From: an uncultured Desulfarculales bacterium
GTDB lineage: Bacteria > Desulfobacterota > Desulfarculia > Desulfarculales > JAHJDS01
Reading direction: 5' to 3'
Length of the DNA: 64,000 bases
Assembly: GCA_964569795.1 (NCBI GenBank)
Contig: CAZMVB010000005.1
Coordinates: 107,092-171,091, forward strand
Shown here: positions 14,926 through 22,726 of the stretch, piece by piece
Numbering within the stretch: position 1 is the stretch's first letter
Layout: each line of letters starts with the position of its first letter
Notes under the pieces: model-generated
What the model was told of the DNA's origin: nothing
The model's database searches: none
Seen by the model: the letters and a program-made list of their open reading frames with translations, nothing else
Program-made: the position numbers and the translations under genes

Positions 14926-16170
14926 TCACCCCGCCGGGTTGACCACCCGTCCCATGAACAGGATCGTTCCGGTCCGGGTGTCCATCACCACGAACAGGAA
15001 GGGATGATCGGCCCGGAACACCGGCGGGCCGGACGGCGATCTCGTGGCGATGACCACGGCCGTGGCCGCGGCGGCCACGGTCCCGGCCTCGTTGACCTCG
15101 ATGAAGGCCTTGTGAAACACGCCGCTGATGTGCAAGTTCTTCTTTCTCCCGTCCATGCGAGAGAAATCGGCCTTGTCACCCTTGAAGGCGTCCTTGATCC
15201 CCAGGGCCTTGAGCGATTTTTTGAGGCTGATGGTCGGCGTGGTGACCTTGAACCGGGGCAGTGAGACCTGGACCACCCTCCCGGGGCGCACTGACGACAG
15301 CCACTTTTTCAGGTTGGCCGGGGTGAGGGCCCGTTCCAGGCCGGCCAGGCCGCCGGCCCGCTTGGGCAGCAGCACGAACATGGACAGGGACCGGTCGGCG
15401 TAAGGCATCTCCAGGACCTTGAGGGAGCCCAGATCGGCGTAACCGAACGGCTTGATGCCCCGACCGTTGGTCTGGGACATCATCTTGACCCGGACCTTTT
15501 TGTGGGGAGCGATGAAAAAGTCGGCCTCATGGGTCTTGGCCTTGTCGAACTTGAGCCGCCAGGTGCCCTTGAAGTACACGGCGTTGGTCAGCACCAGCGT
15601 GGTCAGGTTGGTGATCGACCCCGGTGGCAACAGGTCCTTGACCCTGTCCCGGGTCTTCTTGGCCGCCCAGGCGTTTATATTGCGACGCGAGGCCTCGGGC
15701 TGTGCTGCATAGTTCTGGGGAAACAGGGCGTTGCCATAGTTAACCTTGATCCTCTGCAAAAAGGATTTGAGAAAGGGATAGCCCTTCTGGGGAAACAGGG
15801 CGTTGGCGGTCAGCAGCACGGCGCCATTCCGGCCGGAGCGTTCCAGGCGCCGGATCAACCGGCCCAGGCGGAGGTGCCACGCGGCCTCGGGGCCCCTCAG
15901 GCCCAGGGCCGCGGCCATTTGACGCTGCGTCTCGTGGGCCGCCCCGGCCAGGGTCATGGACAGGGCCACGGTGATGCTGTAGGGCGAAAACACGATGTTG
16001 GCCGGGCCTTTGCGGAAGTCCTTGAGCCTGGTCAACTGGCCGTAGAGTTTGAGGGCAAAGGCGGTGTCCTTGCCGACCATGCGGCGCGGGATCGGGGCCA
16101 CGGCCGCGGCCGTGGACAGACCCAGGGTCAGGCTCACCAGGACAACGATCAGCAGTCGAACCGGTCTCAT
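14926..16170 (-). CDS. Secreted serpin (serine protease inhibitor), inhibitory-type hinge, predicted P1 Arg
   Basis: Signal peptide MRPVRLLIVVLVSLTLGLSTAAA. Serpin body and C-terminus FRADHPFLFVVMDTRTGTILFMGRVVNP. Reactive-centre loop EAGTVAAAATAVVIATR-S. Confidence 0.9.
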   Translation of the reverse strand: MRPVRLLIVVLVSLTLGLSTAAAVAPIPRRMVGKDTAFALKLYGQLTRLKDFRKGPANIVFSPYSITVALSMTLAGAAHETQRQMAAALGLRGPEAAWHLRLGRLIRRLERSGRNGAVLLTANALFPQKGYPFLKSFLQRIKVNYGNALFPQNYAAQPEASRRNINAWAAKKTRDRVKDLLPPGSITNLTTLVLTNAVYFKGTWRLKFDKAKTHEADFFIAPHKKVRVKMMSQTNGRGIKPFGYADLGSLKVLEMPYADRSLSMFVLLPKRAGGLAGLERALTPANLKKWLSSVRPGRVVQVSLPRFKVTTPTISLKKSLKALGIKDAFKGDKADFSRMDGRKKNLHISGVFHKAFIEVNEAGTVAAAATAVVIATRSPSGPPVFRADHPFLFVVMDTRTGTILFMGRVVNPAG

Positions 16171-16329
16171 GATTTCCCCCTGAAAAGAAGTTCCGGCCAT
16201 CGGCCCCAATGCCCTTTTGGCATCAGGATGAAATGGTTAGACCGAATCCGTGCCGTTCCGGTTCCCCTTTTTTTCCACCGGGCCGGATGAATGCGCTCGA
16301 TAATGAATGCCCCCCTGCCCCTGATGGCC

Positions 16330-16359
16330 AATAAAAAAGGCCGGGGGATTCCCCCGGCC
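16330..16359 (-). terminator. Rho-independent terminator after CARP-E
   Basis: Minus strand reads GGCCGGGGG-AAT-CCCCCGGCC followed by TTTTTTATT, about 30 nt after the stop at 16390. Confidence 0.8.
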
Positions 16360-16389
16360 CTGATCGGCGCTGCTCCAGTCGGTCGATAA

Positions 16390-16779
16390 TCAGCCCCGCA
16401 CGGCGACGCAGACCGTCTGGCACCTGGGCTGCAGTCGGCACTGCAGGCGGTAGATGAACCGGCAGATTCGCCGGGTGAGCCACTGGCAAACAGACTGGCA
16501 GCGTTGGACGATCTGATTGCCCACCCGGGACCTGGTGCACAGGCGCCGGGGCTGGCAGTAGCGCTGAAGCTGGCAGACCCGACTGGGGACCCGGCGGCAG
16601 ACCCTGACGTTGGTGCACCGCCGGAAGCATTTCCTCTTCTGCTGGGCCAGCCGCGCCGGCTCCACCCTGGCCCGGACTGAACCAGTCTCGGCCGGGTCCA
16701 TTCGCCCCTGGGCCATTGCCCCGGGACTGACCACCATGGCAGCCAGCATCAGGACCATCACCATGTAACTGACCTTCAT
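16390..16779 (-). CDS. Secreted Cys/Arg-rich mini-protein CARP-E (long type, 12 Cys)
   Basis: Signal peptide MKVSYMVMVLMLAAMVVSPGAMA. Same Cys spacing and QRYCQP / TRSRVGN / CQWLTR motifs as CARP-B. C-terminal AVRG. It has its own terminator. Confidence 0.85.
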   Translation of the reverse strand: MKVSYMVMVLMLAAMVVSPGAMAQGRMDPAETGSVRARVEPARLAQQKRKCFRRCTNVRVCRRVPSRVCQLQRYCQPRRLCTRSRVGNQIVQRCQSVCQWLTRRICRFIYRLQCRLQPRCQTVCVAVRG

Positions 16780-16941
16780 GTCTTCAACCCCATGACCTGT
16801 TTTGCCCGATAGGAACGGGCCGTTGGCATAGGTTTAAATTTTGGACCCCGGAAAGAGGCCGAGTCAACAATATTTTTAGTATCTTATCCCACCCTGATCA
16901 TACTCGAGGCAATGGTACCAAAATCGCCCCGAAAAACGGTG

Positions 16942-16970
16942 TTGCGCCCGGATTTTTATGCTAATATTAT
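16942..16970 (+). promoter_or_regulatory. Candidate sigma70 promoter for the crotonase / acyl-CoA synthetase genes
   Basis: TTGCGC-N17-TATTAT in an AT-rich spacer about 75 nt upstream of ATG 17046. Confidence 0.3.
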
Positions 16971-17045
16971 AGATTAAGATGAGCCCATCCCAAATTTTCA
17001 GGGTCCTTGAATCGCTCGCCACAGACCATAACCAAGGTTTATCCC

Positions 17046-17819
17046 ATGGAATTCGAATGTATTCTGTATGACAAGGCCGAGGGCGTGGCCTGCATCAGGC
17101 TCAACCGCCCCCGGGTCCTGAATGCCATGAACCGGCGTTTGTGGTTGGACTTTGAAATGGCCCTGGAAGACGCCCGCCAGGACCCCGGGGTCAAGGTCGT
17201 GATCATCACCGGCGAGGGCCGGGCCTTTTCCACCGGGGCCGACCTCAAGGAATCCAAGGACCGCAGCCCGGAGGACTATCGGGCCTACCTGGAAAAACTC
17301 CAGGAGGTCTCCCGGAAGCTCATCCGGTTCCCCAAGCCGACCATCGCCGCCATCAACGGCTATGCCCTGGGCTCGGGCTATGAACTGGCCCTGGCCTGCG
17401 ACATCCGCCTGGCGGCCGAGGACGCCCGGATCGGGTCTCCCGAGGCCCGGGTGAACTCGTCGGTCACCGGCGGGGCCATGCGCCTGATCCAGGACCTGAT
17501 CGGCCCGGGCCGGGCCCGCGAATTTTTGTACTCCGCCCGCGAGATGGACGGTCGCCAGGCCGAGCGGATCGGGCTGGTCAACCTGGCCGTGCCGGCCGAC
17601 CGGCTGATGCAGTCCGCCCGGGAGATGGCCGCGGAAATGGCCCGGAACTCGGCCCTGTCCCTCAAGCTGATCAAGAAGGGTCTGGGCCTGGCCCCCGAGG
17701 TCAGCCTCGAGGCCCTGATGGATTACGAGGTCGAGGCCTGCCTGGCCTGTGTGTCCACCGAGGATCGCCGCCAGTCACTGGAGCGCTTCGAGGGGCGCAA
17801 AAAAAGCGAACCCAAGTGA
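17046..17819 (+). CDS. Enoyl-CoA hydratase/isomerase (crotonase) family protein
   Basis: MEFECILYDKAEGVACIRLNRPRVLNAMN, GEGRAFSTGADL and AAINGYALGSGYELALACD are typical crotonase motifs. Confidence 0.9.
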   Translation: MEFECILYDKAEGVACIRLNRPRVLNAMNRRLWLDFEMALEDARQDPGVKVVIITGEGRAFSTGADLKESKDRSPEDYRAYLEKLQEVSRKLIRFPKPTIAAINGYALGSGYELALACDIRLAAEDARIGSPEARVNSSVTGGAMRLIQDLIGPGRAREFLYSAREMDGRQAERIGLVNLAVPADRLMQSAREMAAEMARNSALSLKLIKKGLGLAPEVSLEALMDYEVEACLACVSTEDRRQSLERFEGRKKSEPK

Positions 17820-17830
17820 GAGGATAGTTC

Positions 17831-19984
17831 ATGCCTTTGGACAGGGTCCTGAACCCGGAGTCAGTGGCCATTGTCGGAGCTTCCAAGGTCGAGACCAAGC
17901 GGGGTTTTCAGGCCCTGCGCACCCTGCTGGACGAAAAATTCGAGGGCCGGATCTACGCCGTCAATCCCAGGGAACAAACCATCCTCGGCGTCCCCTGCTA
18001 TGACAAGGTGTCGGATATCGAGGACCAGGTCGATCTGGTACTGATCACCACGCCGGCGGCGACCATCCCCGCCGTGCTCGAGGACTGCGGCAAAAAGGGC
18101 GTGGCCGGGGCGGTGATCATCGCCGGGGGTTTCGGCGAGCTGGGCGACGAGGGCAAGCAGCTCGAGGACGAGCTCATCGACGCGGCCCGCAAATACGGCG
18201 TCCGGGTCATCGGCCCCAACACCTCGGGCATGATGAACCTTACAAAAAACCTGAACCTGGTCGGCCTGCACGACGCCCCGGCCGGGGACATCGCCCTCAT
18301 CTCCCAGAGCGGCAACATGGCCCTGACCCTGATCACCGAGGCCAAGCTCAAGAGCCACAAGGGATTTTCGTACTACGTGGGCGTGGGCAACGAGTCGGAG
18401 ATCCATTTCCACGAATACCTCGAGTTTTTCAAAAACGATCCCGACACCAAGGCCATCCTGATGTACGTCGAGGGCCTGCGCGAGGGTCGGCGCTTTCTCC
18501 AGGAGGCCTACGAGACCACCCTGCACAAGCCCATCGTCCTGCTCAAGGGCGGACGCTCGCGCACCGGGAAACGCTCGGCCGGGTCGCACACCGGCGCCCT
18601 GGCCGGGATCTCCGAGGTGGCCCGGACCGCCTTCCAGCGGGCGGGCATCATCGTTGTCGAGAAATCGGACGCCCTGTTCCCGGTGGCCGAGACCCTGAGC
18701 AATCTGCCCCCGATCAAGAACAACCGGGTGGCCATCCTGGCCGACGGCGGGGGGCACGCCACCATCGCCGCCGACATCCTGAGCGACCGGGGTATTTCCA
18801 TACCGGAGATGACTGAAAAAACCCAGGACAAGCTGAAGAAAATCCTGCCCTTCACCGCCTCGGTGGTCAATCCGGTGGACGTGGCCGGGGGGACCGACGC
18901 CGATCCGTCCCTGTTCGCCGAGTGCGCCCGGATCATGCTCAAGGACCCCAATGTGGGCGGTCTGTTCCTGGTCGGCCTGTTCGGGGGGTACGGCATCCGG
19001 TTCGCCCAGAGCCTGGCCTGGAAGGAGGAGGACGCGGCCCATCAACTGGGCAAGCTGGTGGCCGAGCGGGACAAGCCGATCCTGGTGCACAGCCTGTACA
19101 GTTCGGCCAAGCCCCATGCCCTGGACCTCCTGCGCTACTACAAGATCCCGGTGTACGACTCCCTGGACGTGGCCTGCCGTTGCGTCGCCGCCTTGGCCGA
19201 ACGGGGCAGCTATCTCAAGGAATACCACGCCAAGGTCAGCTTCAAGTTCAAGTGGCAATCACACGCCAAACCCGAGGGACGCCAGATCATCGACCGGGCC
19301 CGGCAGCAGGGCCGGCGGACGTTGCTGGAACCCGAGGCCAGGAGCCTCTTCCGGTTGCACGGCGCGCCGGTGGGCGAGCACGCCCTGGCGACCACGACCG
19401 ACCAGGCCATCGAGATCGCCCGGAAACTGGGCGACAAGGTGGCCCTCAAGATCGTCTCGCCCAATATTCTGCACAAGATCGACGCCGGCGGCGTCTGGCT
19501 CAACCTCAGAAACGACATCGAGGTCGGCCGGGCCTTCGAGGAAATCATCGCCAGCGCCAGGCGCTACAACAACACGGCCGACATCCGGGGGGTGATGGTC
19601 ACCCCCATGGCCGAACCCGGACTCGAGGTCATCATCGGCACCAAGACCGACGATCAGTTCGGACCGGTGATCATGTTCGGACTGGGCGGGGTCATGGTCG
19701 AGGTCTTGAAGGACGTTTCATTCAGGGTCCTGCCCATCTCACCGCGCTCGGCCCGGGCGATGATCCATGAAATTCGGGCCTCGTCGGTCCTGGAGGGCTT
19801 CCGGGGCCGGCCGCCATATGATCAGGCCGCCCTGCAAAAGCTGCTGCTGATCTGCTCGGAGATCGTCGAGGCCTATCCGGACATCGCCGAGATGGACCTC
19901 AACCCGGTGATCGCCTATGAACGCGGGGCCCGGATCGTCGATGCCCGGGTGATCCTCAGGGACGAGGTGGCAGTGGCCACTTAG
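17831..19984 (+). CDS. ADP-forming acetyl/acyl-CoA synthetase (fused alpha-beta, NDP-forming)
   Basis: 717 aa with a CoA-binding N-terminus (VAIVGAS), a succinyl-CoA-ligase-like middle (SQSGN, phospho-His loop GSHTGALAG) and a C-terminal ATP-grasp domain. Confidence 0.9.
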   Translation: MPLDRVLNPESVAIVGASKVETKRGFQALRTLLDEKFEGRIYAVNPREQTILGVPCYDKVSDIEDQVDLVLITTPAATIPAVLEDCGKKGVAGAVIIAGGFGELGDEGKQLEDELIDAARKYGVRVIGPNTSGMMNLTKNLNLVGLHDAPAGDIALISQSGNMALTLITEAKLKSHKGFSYYVGVGNESEIHFHEYLEFFKNDPDTKAILMYVEGLREGRRFLQEAYETTLHKPIVLLKGGRSRTGKRSAGSHTGALAGISEVARTAFQRAGIIVVEKSDALFPVAETLSNLPPIKNNRVAILADGGGHATIAADILSDRGISIPEMTEKTQDKLKKILPFTASVVNPVDVAGGTDADPSLFAECARIMLKDPNVGGLFLVGLFGGYGIRFAQSLAWKEEDAAHQLGKLVAERDKPILVHSLYSSAKPHALDLLRYYKIPVYDSLDVACRCVAALAERGSYLKEYHAKVSFKFKWQSHAKPEGRQIIDRARQQGRRTLLEPEARSLFRLHGAPVGEHALATTTDQAIEIARKLGDKVALKIVSPNILHKIDAGGVWLNLRNDIEVGRAFEEIIASARRYNNTADIRGVMVTPMAEPGLEVIIGTKTDDQFGPVIMFGLGGVMVEVLKDVSFRVLPISPRSARAMIHEIRASSVLEGFRGRPPYDQAALQKLLLICSEIVEAYPDIAEMDLNPVIAYERGARIVDARVILRDEVAVAT

Positions 19985-20150
19985 ATTCGCGGGGTTTGGC
20001 GCAGATGGTGCGAACTTTAGAGCCGCGAGGGCACTGTGTATCTTTGAATTTCCGTGGCCAGCAGTGGCTACTTAGATTCGCGGGGCCGGCCAAGGGTGGT
20101 GCGAACCTCTCGGCCGCCAGGCCACGATGGATAAAGGAAATTCCAGGGGG
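19969..20150. repeat. Tandem repeat array 1 (2 units, ~91 nt)
   Basis: Unit consensus GGCAGTGGCCGCTCTTGATTCGCGGGG..GGTGCGAAC..GAGCCGCGAGGGCAC plus a variable tail. It begins inside the last codons of the acyl-CoA synthetase gene. Confidence 0.8.
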
Positions 20151-20181
20151 GGGCCGTCAACACCTATTTCGGAGGTAACTC

Positions 20182-20598
20182 ATGGAAAAAGTCAAGGAAT
20201 ACGCCTTTTCGGCCGTGCTGGACACCACCTTTGAGGAGGCCGTGGCGCGGGTCAAGGAGACCCTGAAAGACGAGGGCTTCGGGGTCTTGACCGAAATCGA
20301 CGTCAAGGCCACCCTCAAAAAAAAGCTGGACCAGGATTTCAGGAAATACGTCATCCTGGGGGCCTGCAATCCACCCTTTGCCTATCGGGCCGTTCAGGCC
20401 GACCTGGACGTGGGACTTCTGCTGCCCTGCAACGTCATCGTCTATGAGACCGACGATCAGAAGGCCTATATCGCGGCCATCAATCCCATCTCCGCGCTGC
20501 AGATAATCGAGAACCAGGAACTGCGCCAGATCGCCCAGGAGGTCTCGGGCAAGCTGGAAAAGGCAATCCAGGCGGCCAGCGGCAGTGGCCGCTCTTGA
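20182..20598 (+). CDS. DUF302 domain protein
   Basis: 138 aa. The sequence (VKETLKDEGFGVLTEIDV..., ILGACNP) matches my memory of the DUF302 family. SD GGAGG. Confidence 0.8.
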   Translation: MEKVKEYAFSAVLDTTFEEAVARVKETLKDEGFGVLTEIDVKATLKKKLDQDFRKYVILGACNPPFAYRAVQADLDVGLLLPCNVIVYETDDQKAYIAAINPISALQIIENQELRQIAQEVSGKLEKAIQAASGSGRS

Positions 20599-20880
20599 TT
20601 CGCGGGCTTGCTTCCGGGTAGTGCAAACCACTGAGCCGCGAGGGCACGACGGATTTGAAAAATTACCGTGATGGCAGCGGCAGTGGCCGCTCTTGATTCG
20701 CGGGGTGGGGTGCAGGCGGTGCGAACTCTAGAGCCGCGAGGGCACGGTAGGTTTTTATAATTCCCGTGATGGCAGCGGCAGTGGCCGCATCTAATTCGCG
20801 GGATTGGGTGCAGGTGGTGCGAACTCTAGAGCCGCGAGGGCAGGGTGGATGGTGGCCGTATCTGACTCGCGTAGCCGCCC
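20581..20880. repeat. Tandem repeat array 2 (3 units of 98/98/71 nt plus a partial unit)
   Basis: Unit starts are at 20581, 20679, 20777 and 20848. The first unit supplies the last codons and the TGA of the DUF302 gene. Confidence 0.85.
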
Positions 20881-20882
20881 CC

Positions 20883-21000
20883 TCAACCCCCCCGGTAAAA
20901 TCCGCCGTGGATCACGATTGACTTGCCTATCCGGAAAGCCCATGCGGCCCACCAAGATCATGGCCTCCTGACCGGCCCTGACTTCACCCCCAGGCTCGGG
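20883..21000 (-). pseudogene. Degenerate duplicate of the 3' end of the SDR gene at 21845-22633
   Basis: The reverse translation gives SIVIHGGFYRGG-stop, against SIVIDGGFYRGI-stop in the intact gene. Further upstream it gives EVRAGQEAMILVGRMGFPD against EVIAGWEATIPVGRLGFPDE. The two matching stretches are separated by a ~50 nt deletion and a frameshift. Confidence 0.65.
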
Positions 21001-21121
21001 CCCTTGTGTTTCGTGGCCTGGGGGTGTAATGAAAGGCGGGTATGACCACGGGACTGTCCCAGCCGCTCAGGTCAGGTTCCGAGGAAAAAATTCGCACCCT
21101 GACACCCTCGAGGAGACATTC

Positions 21122-21625
21122 ATGAAAGCACGGTCGGCCGCCATCGCCCTGATCATGGCCCTGATTTTGTCCCTGCACCTCATCGCCCCGGCGTCCGCCG
21201 CGTCAGACAAAGCCCAGATCAGATCAGTTATCAAGAACTACATCACCCTCCTGGCCAAGGGTGACATCCAGGGCGCCCTCCAATTAAAAATCAGAAAGCA
21301 GAGCATCCCGCCCCGGAACAGCTTCGAGTACCGGATGATCACCAAGCTGGCCGGGGCCTTTACCGGAATCGGTCAAATCCGGATCAAAGGCGATCGGGCC
21401 TGGGCCGTTCTCAACTTCGACCCCAAGGTAGCCGCGGATTTGGCCCAGCAGGACTATGCTTTTGCGCTCGACCAGGCCAAAAAGATCACCGACCCCCAAC
21501 CACGTGCCGACACGGTCGGGCACCTCAAGAAAAACAGAGACCGCGAGATTGCCAAGCGGATGAAAAGCTTCACCCAGCCCCGAATGCGTCTTCAAAAAAT
21601 AAGCGGCCATTGGATGATCCGCTAG
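21122..21625 (+). CDS. Secreted hypothetical protein (167 aa)
   Basis: Start set at ATG 21122 with signal peptide MKARSAAIALIMALILSLHLIAPASA. No family recognised. Confidence 0.7.
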   Translation: MKARSAAIALIMALILSLHLIAPASAASDKAQIRSVIKNYITLLAKGDIQGALQLKIRKQSIPPRNSFEYRMITKLAGAFTGIGQIRIKGDRAWAVLNFDPKVAADLAQQDYAFALDQAKKITDPQPRADTVGHLKKNRDREIAKRMKSFTQPRMRLQKISGHWMIR

Positions 21626-21627
21626 GC

Positions 21628-21843
21628 GGCGGTGGCCGCTTTTGATTCGCGGGGTCGCGCCCAGGTGGTGCGAACATCTGAGCCGCGAGGGCACGGTTGA
21701 TATGGGAAATTCCCTGGTGGCAGTGGCCGCTCTTGATTCGCGGGGTTGGGCGCAGTTGGTGCGAACCGCTGAGCCGCGAACGCACGGCGGATTTGTAAAA
21801 ATCTCATGATGGCATTTGCCACCTTGATTCGCGGAACCGCCCC
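21628..21843. repeat. Tandem repeat array 3 (2 units of ~91 nt plus a partial unit)
   Basis: Unit starts are at 21628, 21719 and 21811. The array begins 2 nt after the stop of 21122-21625 and ends at the stop of the SDR gene. Confidence 0.85.
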
Positions 21844-21844
21844 C

Positions 21845-22633
21845 TCAAATCCCCCGGTAAAATCCGCCGTCGATCACGATCGACTGGCCGGTGATGAACG
21901 CCGCCTGCTTTGAGGCCAGAAACGCGGCCAGGGCCCCGATCTCGTCCGGAAAACCCAGACGGCCCACCGGGATCGTCGCCTCCCAGCCGGCGATCACCTC
22001 GGCCGGACTGGTCCCCTTGTCCGCGGCCACCTTTTGGGCCAGCTGCTCCACCCGGGCCGTACGGGTGTAGCCCGGGCAGATGTTGTTCACGGTGATCCCG
22101 TCCGCGGCCCATTCAGTGGCCAGACTCTTGGCCAGGCCGACCACGGCGTTGCGCACGGCGTTGCTCAGGATCAATCCGTCCAGGGGCCTCTTCACCGAGA
22201 CCGAGGTCAGATTGATGATCCGGCCCCACCCGGCCCGGCGCATCAGCGGTCCGGCCGCCCGGATCAGGTTCAGACCTGACATGAAATTCAGGTCAACCGC
22301 CCGCTGCCAGTCGTCCAGGTCGAAATCCCCAAAAAAACCGCCGGGCGGTCCCCCGGCATTGGTCACCAGGATGTCCAGGCGACCGTACTTTTCGTGCACT
22401 TCCCGGACGAATTCAGCAGCCGCTGCAAAATCGGTCACGTCCAGGCCCTTGTGAAGAACCCTTGTCTTGTAACGGGCCGCAAGCTCACCGGCGGTCGCCT
22501 CAAGTTCCGCCTCAGAACGGGCGCACAGGGCCAGGTCAACCCCCTCGCCAGCCAACGCCTCGGCCACGGCCCGGCCTAAACCCTTACTTGAACCGGCCAC
22601 CAGGGCCGCCCTGCCCTCAAGTCCTAAATCCAT
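21845..22633 (-). CDS. Short-chain dehydrogenase/reductase (3-oxoacyl-ACP reductase-like)
   Basis: ALVAGSSKGLGRA (glycine-rich NAD(P)-binding motif) and NNICPGYTRT. ATG 22633 follows AAGGAGG by 5 nt. Confidence 0.9.
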   Translation of the reverse strand: MDLGLEGRAALVAGSSKGLGRAVAEALAGEGVDLALCARSEAELEATAGELAARYKTRVLHKGLDVTDFAAAAEFVREVHEKYGRLDILVTNAGGPPGGFFGDFDLDDWQRAVDLNFMSGLNLIRAAGPLMRRAGWGRIINLTSVSVKRPLDGLILSNAVRNAVVGLAKSLATEWAADGITVNNICPGYTRTARVEQLAQKVAADKGTSPAEVIAGWEATIPVGRLGFPDEIGALAAFLASKQAAFITGQSIVIDGGFYRGI

Positions 22634-22726
22634 GTCCACCTCCTTCAACCGGTACTTTAAATTTTCGTTTGTTCTCCCTGAGCCTTAACTTTAACTTAGC
22701 TCGTAACTCACTTTTATAATTGAATA

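Noticed and set aside
19969-21843. The tandem repeat arrays could be CRISPR arrays or integron attC sites.
   Set aside because: The conserved unit is about 68 nt with only a ~25-nt semi-conserved tail. CRISPR arrays have 28-37 nt repeats alternating with unique spacers of similar size, and no cas genes are nearby. Against attC, the units are tandem and lack the RYYYAAC/GTTRRRY core pair, and no integron integrase is present.
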